Shown: positions 17,140-24,960 of the stretch, piece by piece
How the letters are laid out: each line of letters begins with the position of its first letter
How positions within the stretch are numbered: position 1 is the stretch's first letter
Source of the DNA: a virus
Taxonomy: Duplodnaviria; Caudoviricetes
Length of the DNA: 45,356 nt
Reading direction: 5' to 3' (one strand)
IMG/VR virus record: IMGVR_UViG_3300037782_000160
Location: 1-45,356 of that record
Program-made: the position numbers and the translations under genes
The notes under the pieces: generated by a model
The model's database searches: none
The model's input: only the letters and a program-made list of their open reading frames with translations
What the model was told of the DNA's origin: nothing

Positions 17140-18485
17140 GCCGCTGCCTCCGGTGCGGTGAAGTCTGCCGACTCGGGCGTTGGGTGTGCCTTCTGGTCGG
17201 TGATGAAGATGACCGCCCACCCCACTTGATAGCGTGGGCCGGTGTGGTTCGGGTTCAACGTGATCCGCAAGCGAAACCCACCGCACGCGCTTAGGCGAGT
17301 GCCCTTGTGGTCGCCATAAATCGCTGAATAGTCTGCTTTCGCCATCCGCGCGACGGGTAGGGCCTCGGTCGGCTCTGCTCCACGATAGGTGGCGTGCGAT
17401 TTTACGGCCACAAACCCGGTTGGCGATTCAATATTCAATAGCGGCGGCTTTGCGGGCTTTTTGGCCGGGGGCGTCCACCCGCAAGACTGCATGAGGTCGC
17501 GCCAATCGTCTGCGGAAAGCTCAAGCGACATGCCGTTCCCAATGTGGACAGGCAACGGGGCTTCACATTCCACGATCCAAGAGTCGCCATCGCCTTTGGT
17601 CGCCTTCGGTTTGTCGGCCCCAAATTCGCGCACAAACATTTGAATCGTGGTTGCTTGGATATCGCCCGAAAAGCGCGGCACGTCGCCAAGCATCGAACGT
17701 TCATACGCCAAGCGGTTGAGCGTGTGCGCAATCCAACGGGCATAGTGCGGCCCCTCGATTGTCCGCGTTGCGCTTGCGATAACCTGGCTGCGGGCGTCCT
17801 CCGGGGAAACATCGCCCCGGTCGACCTTCGACCAAAAATCATAGGAAATAGACAGGCCGCCAATCATCTTTTTGATGGTTTCCGGGTTGGTCGTCGCTTC
17901 GAGCAGATCGCGCCGCTTGTGCGCTGAATTGATCGTGCGTTGCAGGTCTCGCAATTCCGCCAATAGCGTTTTAATCCGGCGCGCGCGGACTCGCGGATCA
18001 TTCTTGCGGTTGGCGTGGCGCTCGACGCCTTCGGCGCGGTAGAGCCAGAAATCAGACGCCCGCGACGCCTTCACGGCCTTATCCATGGCCGAGTCCATGC
18101 GTTCCTTGTCCTTCCGGGCCCGTCGCTCGCTGTGGTGGCCTATCAGGATTGGCTGGCCCATGACGAAGCGCTCGGAAAGCTCGTGCGCTGCGCGGCTGAA
18201 TGCGGACGATTCCCGGGCGCGCTTGTCGGCCAGAGCGTCAAGCCGTGCGGCCTTGGCCTGTGCTCGCTCAGCAAGTGTCATCTCTTCGGGCTCGATCTCG
18301 CCCGCCAGTTCAATCGCCAAATCCTCGCGGGCTGGCGTCCATTTGGGCGCGACGAAAAGTTCCTGTTTCGGCGCCCATTTGAAGCCAGCGGCCTTAACCT
18401 TTTCGAAGGTCTCAGCGTCCAACCGTGCGGACGGGTAGAGGCGCAATTTGTTGTCTTCGGGGCTGTATGTCGCTTGAATGTCCAT
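17136..18485 (-). CDS. DUF3560 domain-containing protein
   Basis: ATYSPEDNKLRLY, GFKWAPKQELFVAP, GQPILIGHHSERRARKD signatures. Confidence 0.9.
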   Translation of the reverse strand: MDIQATYSPEDNKLRLYPSARLDAETFEKVKAAGFKWAPKQELFVAPKWTPAREDLAIELAGEIEPEEMTLAERAQAKAARLDALADKRARESSAFSRAAHELSERFVMGQPILIGHHSERRARKDKERMDSAMDKAVKASRASDFWLYRAEGVERHANRKNDPRVRARRIKTLLAELRDLQRTINSAHKRRDLLEATTNPETIKKMIGGLSISYDFWSKVDRGDVSPEDARSQVIASATRTIEGPHYARWIAHTLNRLAYERSMLGDVPRFSGDIQATTIQMFVREFGADKPKATKGDGDSWIVECEAPLPVHIGNGMSLELSADDWRDLMQSCGWTPPAKKPAKPPLLNIESPTGFVAVKSHATYRGAEPTEALPVARMAKADYSAIYGDHKGTRLSACGGFRLRITLNPNHTGPRYQVGWAVIFITDQKAHPTPESADFTAPEAAA

Positions 18486-18488
18486 CGA

Positions 18489-18698
18489 TCAGCCCTCCAC
18501 GACTTCAAAGCATGGGGCGTCGAACTCGGCGGCAAGCGCGTGGCGTAGGCATTGGCCGTACTCGCCAAGTGCAATAGCCAGGCTGGCGGTGCGTTCGCCG
18601 ACCTGCAAGCCATAGCGGACATGATAGCCAAACGCGGTTTGGATCACGGCAATATCAGCGCCGTCTGGTGTGGTGGTTTCAATGATCTTGCGGAGCAT
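18489..18698 (-). CDS. Hypothetical protein
   Basis: AGGAG RBS; YHVRYGLQV...EYGQCLRHAL. Confidence 0.65.
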   Translation of the reverse strand: MLRKIIETTTPDGADIAVIQTAFGYHVRYGLQVGERTASLAIALGEYGQCLRHALAAEFDAPCFEVVEG

Positions 18699-18797
18699 CG
18701 CTGCAAGTCTCCTGTGGTGGTTGTGGTGTGCCTCTATACATACAGTAGCCAGCGACTAAATCAAGCATAAAAATACATAATCCAGAAAAAACCGCCC

Positions 18798-18838
18798 GTG
18801 CATCCGTTTTCGGCCCCGTCAAGCCATATCCTCTGCGC
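18798..18838 (+). promoter_or_regulatory. Putative late promoter (GTGCAT box + TATCCT), leaderless terS
   Basis: Same motif and spacing as 20409, 22270, 26819, 37341, 37908. Confidence 0.6.
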
Positions 18839-19351
18839 ATGAGCACCGCCGTAACGCCCACAATCCCCGCCAGATCGAGCACTAAACCCGCTCCACCGGC
18901 CTCCGTTCGCTCCAAAATCCGCGCCGCCATCGCTTACAAAGTAGATAAATTAACAACAGTAGATGAAGCATGCCGCGAAGCGGGCTGTTCGCCTGCCGGG
19001 TACTACAAGGCAATGAACAAGCCAGAAGTCGCGAAATGGGCAGAGGAACTTGAGGCTTACTATGTTGAGCAAGCCGACAGATTGAGGCGCAGATATCGGG
19101 CTGATGCGATCCATCATGCGCGCAAACTGATGCTTCAAGCCAAGAGCGAGGCCGTGCAGGCAAGGATGGTCGAGTTCCTCGCGCGCGACCCGGAATCGGC
19201 CAGCACATCGATCACGATCAACTCAGGCGGCGGAGCGGTTGGCGTGGGCTATGCTTACGTGCCTCCAGGCGCTCAGGTGGTGAAAGTCACTGATGACGTA
19301 TCAGGTGCTCAAGACGCGCAAGTGATTGAAGGTGAAGCAGAAGATGTGTGA
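18839..19351 (+). CDS. Probable terminase small subunit
   Basis: N-terminal HTH (TVDEACREAGCS...YYKAMNKPEV), SEAVQARMVEFL, IEGE tail; upstream of terL. Confidence 0.7.
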   Translation: MSTAVTPTIPARSSTKPAPPASVRSKIRAAIAYKVDKLTTVDEACREAGCSPAGYYKAMNKPEVAKWAEELEAYYVEQADRLRRRYRADAIHHARKLMLQAKSEAVQARMVEFLARDPESASTSITINSGGGAVGVGYAYVPPGAQVVKVTDDVSGAQDAQVIEGEAEDV

Positions 19352-19620
19352 AGGCGGATCAATCGCCATGATCAGACCGCAAAGGTTACATGATCCAGAT
19401 GCCAGAAACGCGGCGCAATTACAAAGGGGGAGGGGGTCAGATAGGCACCCCCGGGGGCAAAAATCGGCCGGTCGGATCCCTTACTCCACCACCCCACACG
19501 CGCGTCTTTTCATTTTTCTGGTTTCTGTATCTTTTTCTTACAGATTGCAGAAAGTGGTGTGGCTGATCCCCGGGCTGAGACTTTTTCGCATTCTTGAATG
19601 TGTAACTTTGGAGGTTTCTG

Positions 19621-20016
19621 ATGTCTGATGTTATCCCGTTTGATCGTGGTGGTGGCGACGATGATGAGGATCTGATCCTTGTTTGTGATTGTGGCGGGCA
19701 GACGTTCTTCATCCACCAGGGGTGGTTTTGCTGTTCCGCGTGCGATGAGGTTTTGACGGATGATCTCCAGCTATCAAGGAAACTGGTGGGAGCTGAGGTG
19801 GTTGATCGCGAAGCTGGAACTCGTAACCGGACGATCTTTCCATCGGAGGAAATGGCTCAAAGGCGTGTTCTCGCGAGTGTTGGCGCGGACACGGCGGCGA
19901 TTGTGGTGATGAACAAGGATGGCATCACTCATGTCTGGTCGATGGGCGCTGACAGTGAAGAGCAGCGCGAATGGTTTCGGAAGCGCGTGGATGACCTTCT
20001 TGATCAACTGATCTGA
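19621..20016 (+). CDS. Hypothetical Zn-ribbon protein
   Basis: GGAGG RBS; CDCGG...CSACD. Confidence 0.75.
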   Translation: MSDVIPFDRGGGDDDEDLILVCDCGGQTFFIHQGWFCCSACDEVLTDDLQLSRKLVGAEVVDREAGTRNRTIFPSEEMAQRRVLASVGADTAAIVVMNKDGITHVWSMGADSEEQREWFRKRVDDLLDQLI

Positions 20017-20045
20017 TCGTGCATCATCTCAAGAGTGCATCTGGC

Positions 20046-20074
20046 TTGATCAGTGGTTATCTTGGTGCTATACT
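20046..20074 (+). promoter_or_regulatory. Strong sigma70-type promoter for the hammerhead-containing ncRNA
   Basis: TTGATC (20046-20051) N17 TATACT (20069-20074) with extended -10 TG; predicted TSS ~20081 coincides with the first paired base. Confidence 0.75.
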
Positions 20075-20081
20075 TTCATGT

Positions 20082-20282
20082 GCAAGCGGTGTCCTGTCCG
20101 CGTTGGTGTCCCGGTGGGGTTGATAGGGTTCAAGGACACATCTGGCCCGGCATTAAAGCGCCTGACGATTGCTTGAGATAGCATGAAACCCGAAAGGGTC
20201 GCGCGGAGCCCTCCCAGCCGGGGAATAAATGAGGGCCTAGACCCCACGCCAGACCAACGCGGACAGGACACCGAAGGCTTGC
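20082..20282 (+). ncRNA. ~200-nt rod-like ncRNA carrying a hammerhead ribozyme
   Basis: Perfect 21-bp IR 20087-20107/20253-20273 plus nested stems GCAAG/CTTGC, GTGGGGT/ACCCCAC, CCCGGC/GCCGGG. Confidence 0.75.
20158..20204 (+). ncRNA. Type I hammerhead ribozyme; predicted cleavage after C20200
   Basis: GCGC-CUGACGA-U UGCU UGAGAU AGCA U-GAAA-CCC GAAA GGG-UC/GCGC: all conserved core nucleotides, three stems, GUC triplet. Confidence 0.88.
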
Positions 20283-20408
20283 GGCTTTCTGCCGTGTATC
20301 GCCTTGCCTTGCTGTTTCCTGTATTTATGACGTAGCGCCTGCCTTCACGTGAAAGATCACGTTCCACGTGGTTCATTAGTAGGTGAGGGCGGGCTCATCT
20401 AAGACCAC

Positions 20409-20448
20409 GTGCATCTGCGATTTTCGTCTGGCCCTTCACCTTGGGCCT
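20409..20448 (+). promoter_or_regulatory. Putative late promoter (GTGCAT box + CACCTT), leaderless terL
   Basis: GTGCAT 40 nt before ATG 20449; no Shine-Dalgarno. Confidence 0.6.
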
Positions 20449-21966
20449 ATGTCGATTTCATTCACGCCCGAGGGATTGCAGGTTTACGAACCTGATGGCC
20501 CGGTTTTGACCGAAGCCTTTTGGGACCGAAGCGAGTTTTCGGTGATCCAGGGGCCCATTGGGTCTGGCACGTCCTCGATGTGCTGCCACAAGATTTTCGT
20601 GATCTCGTGTGAGCAAGAGCCCGACCGCGAGGGCGTTCGCAAATCACGCTGGCTGATTGTCCGCGAGAGCTATCCGCAGCTTGAAAAGACAACGATCAAG
20701 ACCTGGCTCGATTGGTTTGCCGAAGAGGTGTTTGGCGATTTCCGTCGATCTGTCCCGCCAACACATATGGTCCGGGTTCCGCATCCATCCGGCGATGGTA
20801 CGACCGTCGAGATCGAACTGATCTTCATCGCGATCGACAGCCCGGAGGTGGCTGAGAACATCGCCGCATCATTCGAGATTACCGGTTTCTGGGTCAACGA
20901 GGCTCAGTTTGTCGAGAAAGCGGTCATCGATGAGCTCTTGTCGCGTTGTGGCCGATATCCTCCGCCAAAGGATGGCGCCGGAGCGACCTGGTTCGGTGGG
21001 TTTGCGGACATGAACGCGCCGGTCGAGGGGCATTGGATCCCATACATGCGCGGTGACATTCCGTTGCCCGATGAATGGACCGATGACATGAAAGCCGAGA
21101 TGACGCCGCCGGAAGGGTGGCGGTTCTTCATGCAGCCGCCGGGCCTGATCGAAGTCATGGAAGACGGCCGTCCAACCTATCATCCGAACCCCGCGGCGGA
21201 GAACCAAAAGCATCTCGTTAAGCCGTACATGCAGCAAATCCGCGGCAAGAAGAAATCGTGGATCGATCGGCGTGTTCTGAACAAGACCGGGCTCTACGCC
21301 GAAGGGAAAGCGGTCTATGAGAGCTTTAGCGAGATGGAACACATCTCAGAGGTGGATCTTTACCCAACGCCAGGTGCGACGGTCTTTGTTGGGCTGGACT
21401 TCGGTCGAGATCCCGCGGCGGTGATGGGCCAGTGCTTCCAGGGCGAATGGCGCGTTATGGAAGAATTGATCGGTGACAACGTGTCGGCCGAGATATTTGC
21501 GCCAAAGCTCAAGCGTTTCCTGGCCGAGAAATTCCCCGGGCATGAAATGATCTTCGGTGGCGATCCGCGCGGCCGGGACGGAACACAAGCCACTGAGACC
21601 ACGGCATATGACATCTTTGCAACCCACGGGATGCGCGTCGAGCAGGCTACCACTGATAATGACCCGGAATTACGCCGATCCACTGTCGATAAGGTCTTGG
21701 ACCGGCGGAACGGATTGCAAATCTCGCCGCGGTGTCTGGTGCTGAAAACCGGCATGGCAGGCGGTTATCACTATCCCAAAATCAAGGGCACAACCGGGCT
21801 GTATGCGCCGCGCCCAAAAAAGAACCGCTATTCGCATCCCGTCGAAGCGATGGAGAACATGATGCTGATCGGGGGTGAGGGCGACAACATCGTCCTGGGA
21901 TCACGAACCAGGCCGGCCCCCGCGAAGATGCCGAAGCGAAGAGTGCGGCTTAGGAAGTTCGCATGA
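20449..21966 (+). CDS. terL: Terminase large subunit
   Basis: GPIGSGTS (Walker A-like), WVNEAQ (Walker B), DMNAP, GLDFGRDPAA nuclease motif, KNRYSHPVEA. Confidence 0.92.
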   Translation: MSISFTPEGLQVYEPDGPVLTEAFWDRSEFSVIQGPIGSGTSSMCCHKIFVISCEQEPDREGVRKSRWLIVRESYPQLEKTTIKTWLDWFAEEVFGDFRRSVPPTHMVRVPHPSGDGTTVEIELIFIAIDSPEVAENIAASFEITGFWVNEAQFVEKAVIDELLSRCGRYPPPKDGAGATWFGGFADMNAPVEGHWIPYMRGDIPLPDEWTDDMKAEMTPPEGWRFFMQPPGLIEVMEDGRPTYHPNPAAENQKHLVKPYMQQIRGKKKSWIDRRVLNKTGLYAEGKAVYESFSEMEHISEVDLYPTPGATVFVGLDFGRDPAAVMGQCFQGEWRVMEELIGDNVSAEIFAPKLKRFLAEKFPGHEMIFGGDPRGRDGTQATETTAYDIFATHGMRVEQATTDNDPELRRSTVDKVLDRRNGLQISPRCLVLKTGMAGGYHYPKIKGTTGLYAPRPKKNRYSHPVEAMENMMLIGGEGDNIVLGSRTRPAPAKMPKRRVRLRKFA

Positions 21967-22370
21967 GCCAGCCAAGTGTTTGGTACTTTGCGTTCTATGG
22001 GACGGAGCGAGATCCGCGAAGCTGGTTCGGTCATGTCGATATGTGGGGGTTCGATCCAGACACCGACTCTTGGGTGTTCCTCTCTCCGTCCTATTCCTCA
22101 ATGCCGGTGGAGGTGACGCATATCGCGGAAGAGGTTGATGCGCTCTTTGCGGCCCGTCTCAGTCTCGCGCGCCATGTCCTTCGATATGATCGGGCGGCGG
22201 TGAAAAACGCCCTGCCGCCGGTCACTGTGCAAACCTGCGCCTCGATCTGCGGTCATGTCGTGGGCTTGCGTGCATTCACGCCTTGGGGCCTTCGCAGGAA
22301 ACTCCTCGCAAATGGTGCCGAGGTGTTGAACATTGAGACGTCCGAAGGAAGATCCAGCGGCAAAAGCTGA
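21963..22370 (+). CDS. Podovirus conserved protein, possible permuted papain-like fold
   Basis: FGHV near N-terminus; TC...TPWGLRRKL near C-terminus. Confidence 0.55.
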   Translation: MSQPSVWYFAFYGTERDPRSWFGHVDMWGFDPDTDSWVFLSPSYSSMPVEVTHIAEEVDALFAARLSLARHVLRYDRAAVKNALPPVTVQTCASICGHVVGLRAFTPWGLRRKLLANGAEVLNIETSEGRSSGKS

Positions 22371-22491
22371 GCGTGACCGCGAAAAACGTGTGGCCGAACT
22401 CGAGCGTAAGCGCGCCGCCCAGGACAACTCCGCCTCTCTGACAACCGACTATCGCGCCGTCTACGGCCGTCGATCTCTGTTCGATCTATGA
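22333..22491 (+). CDS. Small basic virion-associated protein (52 aa, TTG start, not in ORF track)
   Basis: GAGGTG RBS; MRRPKEDPAAKAERDRE...GRRSLFDL; ATGA overlap with portal, the usual T7 gp7.3-like position. Confidence 0.65.
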   Translation: MRRPKEDPAAKAERDREKRVAELERKRAAQDNSASLTTDYRAVYGRRSLFDL

Positions 22492-23954
22492 AGCACCTCA
22501 AACCATCCAAAGCGTTTTCGACGCGATACTCGGCCGCGAAGCGCTGGCGTGCCCAGGTTCAGCCTGAGATCAAAGAGGTGCTGCGTTACTGTGCGCCCGA
22601 CCGCGTGAACGAATTCTCCGATGGGACGCAGATTGCAGAGACCGACACCTTCACGTCCATCGGGGAGGAGATGAGCACCGATTTTGCCGGTGATCTGGTG
22701 AATTATTACTTCCCGTCCGAACAGCGATGGAGCGAGCTCGAAGTCATGACGCCGGTCGCGGAGGCAAATGCAGCCGCCGTTGAGAAGCTTGTAAAGGAGC
22801 GAGAGGCAGCGATTTTCGACCTCTTGGACATGTCAAACTTCAACGATCTCAAACCGCAGCTCATGTTCGAGGCTTGTCACGGAACGATGGCCCTTTGGAT
22901 GGACGCCGGCCACTTGACTGAGCCGATATTCATGGAGGTGTTGCCGCCATCCGAGGTCTTGATCACCCCGGGGCACCGGAGGTTTCTTGATCGGTTTCGC
23001 GAGAGTCAGGTGATCGCACAGAACCTCCAAGCCACGCTTCCGAATGCAAACCTTAACGATCCGGCAATCCAGAAGAAGATGGAGCGCGAGGGCGCAACCG
23101 CGAAGGTCTGTTGGGGATACTGGCTTGATTGGTCTGATCCCGGAAATCCGCAATGGCGCCACGAGATCACCATCGACGGAAAGCGCGTTACCGAACCCGA
23201 AATGATCATCGGGCCCATGAATGGTGCCTGCCCAATGCTGGTTGGGCGGTTCAATCCGCGGGTCAAGCATCCCTGGGGTCGGGGCCCGGGCCGGAAGGCG
23301 CTGCCTGATCTATCGACGCTCAACAAGATCGAAGAGGTCGTTCTGACGAAGCTTGATGATCAGCTCGATCCGGCGTGGTCATACATGGATGATGGCGTGA
23401 TGGATCTCAAATATGGGGTAGAGCCAGGCATGGCCTATCCGCGCCGGTCGGCTGAACCACCGGCGCCGCTCCATGACGAGAGCCGCCTAGATTATGGCTT
23501 CTACACAAAGGGTGATCTTGAAGAGCGTGTGCGCGTTGCCTTCTATCAGGATGGTCCACGCCAGCGCGGCGACACCCCGCCCACGGCGTCTCAGTGGGTC
23601 GATGAGCGGCGGCGTGTCCAAGCGCGGCTTGGCAAACCATCAGCGCCAATCGCTACGGAACTTGGCCTGCCGATCATCCAGCGAGCGGAATACCTGGGGG
23701 TGCAACTCGGGATGTTGGAGAGTGCAATCACATTGAACGGCAGCGTGATCAACGTGCGCCCCATATCTCCCATGCAGCGCTCACAAGACCAAGACAAAGC
23801 GATGATCTCGCGCTCCAACATGGATACCGGCCAACAGGTGTTTGGCGATCAGTTCGTCCAAGTCATCGATCCGGTTCAGTCCTATCAGAATTACCTGAAA
23901 GCGACCGGCGATGAGATCATTGTTTTGAGAGAGGCGCCTACTGATGAAGCTTAA
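22488..23954 (+). CDS. Head-to-tail connector (portal), T7/BPP-1 type
   Basis: WGRGPG, PPTASQW, VRPISPM motifs; size and position. Confidence 0.9.
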   Translation: MKHLKPSKAFSTRYSAAKRWRAQVQPEIKEVLRYCAPDRVNEFSDGTQIAETDTFTSIGEEMSTDFAGDLVNYYFPSEQRWSELEVMTPVAEANAAAVEKLVKEREAAIFDLLDMSNFNDLKPQLMFEACHGTMALWMDAGHLTEPIFMEVLPPSEVLITPGHRRFLDRFRESQVIAQNLQATLPNANLNDPAIQKKMEREGATAKVCWGYWLDWSDPGNPQWRHEITIDGKRVTEPEMIIGPMNGACPMLVGRFNPRVKHPWGRGPGRKALPDLSTLNKIEEVVLTKLDDQLDPAWSYMDDGVMDLKYGVEPGMAYPRRSAEPPAPLHDESRLDYGFYTKGDLEERVRVAFYQDGPRQRGDTPPTASQWVDERRRVQARLGKPSAPIATELGLPIIQRAEYLGVQLGMLESAITLNGSVINVRPISPMQRSQDQDKAMISRSNMDTGQQVFGDQFVQVIDPVQSYQNYLKATGDEIIVLREAPTDEA

Positions 23955-24255
23955 ACCGCTCCGGCCGGGCTCCGGGCCAATCCGCAACTATCTCGGCTTT
24001 CTGTCCAAGAAGGAGAGCGAGGATCTCCAGATCATCATCCGAAACCTCTTGTCGACACCGGATGGTGTTATCTTCATGGATTTATTGGAAAAATCGCTTG
24101 TGTTTTCGCCTCTCGGTGTTCGCACAGACCCCCGTGCATTGGAGTTTATGAACGCGCAGTCCTTCATCTTCCACGATTTGAACCGCATCGTGAGTGAGGA
24201 CGCCGCCTATGTTCATCCGCCCAACGAAGAAAGAGATTCTTCGGAACGCTCCTGA
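23944..24255 (+). CDS. Bbp19-like protein
   Basis: LLSTPDGVIFMDLL pattern; lies between portal and scaffold. Confidence 0.6.
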   Translation: MKLKPLRPGSGPIRNYLGFLSKKESEDLQIIIRNLLSTPDGVIFMDLLEKSLVFSPLGVRTDPRALEFMNAQSFIFHDLNRIVSEDAAYVHPPNEERDSSERS

Positions 24256-24949
24256 CAATCCAGGTGGTACGCCGCCGGTTGAGACACCTCCCGTCGAGAC
24301 GCCCCCGGCGCCTGACTTCGGTGCGTTTATCCCCGAAGCGTACAAGGGCGATGATGGCACCTATGACACCGCGAAGTTTCGCGAAGATTTCGACGGTCAC
24401 GCGGCCCGCGCGGGTCAACTCGAAGAAGAACTGACCGAGCTGCGTGGCGCGATCCCAGAAAATGCGACCGGCTATGAAATCGTTGCGCCTGACGAAATCG
24501 ACTTTGGCGAAATTGAAGTGCCGGATTGGTTCGCCTTCGAGCTCGACTCCGAAAGCCCCGTCATCGCGGAAGCTCAAAACTGGCTCCACGAGAACAACGT
24601 TCGCCCCGAGGCCGTACCTGGCTTGATCAGCATGTTCGCGCGGATGAAGGCAGCGGAGGCGGCCGATCATCAGGCGATGGCAAAGGAGCAACGCGACGCC
24701 CTCGGGGCAAATGCCGAATCCCGCATCGCGACGATCAAACGTGCCCTGGAAACCAAGCTGCCCGACGCCGCACAGCGCGACGCCCTGATGAAGGTCGCAG
24801 TGTCCGCTGATGCGGTTCGCGGCCTCGAAAGTTTGCTGAAATCTGGCTCCCAAACGCCAGTGACAACCGCAGATCAAAACGCGGACCTCATGGACCTGCC
24901 GCCCGCCGAACGACTGGTCGAAATCAACCGTCGCTTGGCGGAAAAATGA
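24209..24949 (+). CDS. Capsid assembly scaffolding protein
   Basis: Acidic/Pro-rich, GAIPENATGY motif; directly upstream of capsid; GAGGA RBS. Confidence 0.75.
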   Translation: MFIRPTKKEILRNAPDNPGGTPPVETPPVETPPAPDFGAFIPEAYKGDDGTYDTAKFREDFDGHAARAGQLEEELTELRGAIPENATGYEIVAPDEIDFGEIEVPDWFAFELDSESPVIAEAQNWLHENNVRPEAVPGLISMFARMKAAEAADHQAMAKEQRDALGANAESRIATIKRALETKLPDAAQRDALMKVAVSADAVRGLESLLKSGSQTPVTTADQNADLMDLPPAERLVEINRRLAEK

Positions 24950-24960
24950 AAGGCTGAGAA

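Noticed and set aside
20087-20273. Retron msr/msd (a1/a2 inverted repeat) or viroid-like/retrozyme element
   Set aside because: No reverse transcriptase in the window, and no second or antisense ribozyme found to release a unit-length circle
20183-20335. 50-codon ORF MKPERV...LALLFPVFMT inside the ncRNA, and antisense ORF 20068-20376
   Set aside because: No convincing RBS, start buried in the ribozyme core, and the sequence is better explained by RNA structure
24268-24310. TPPVE repeat in the scaffold gene
   Set aside because: Ordinary low-complexity protein linker with synonymous divergence
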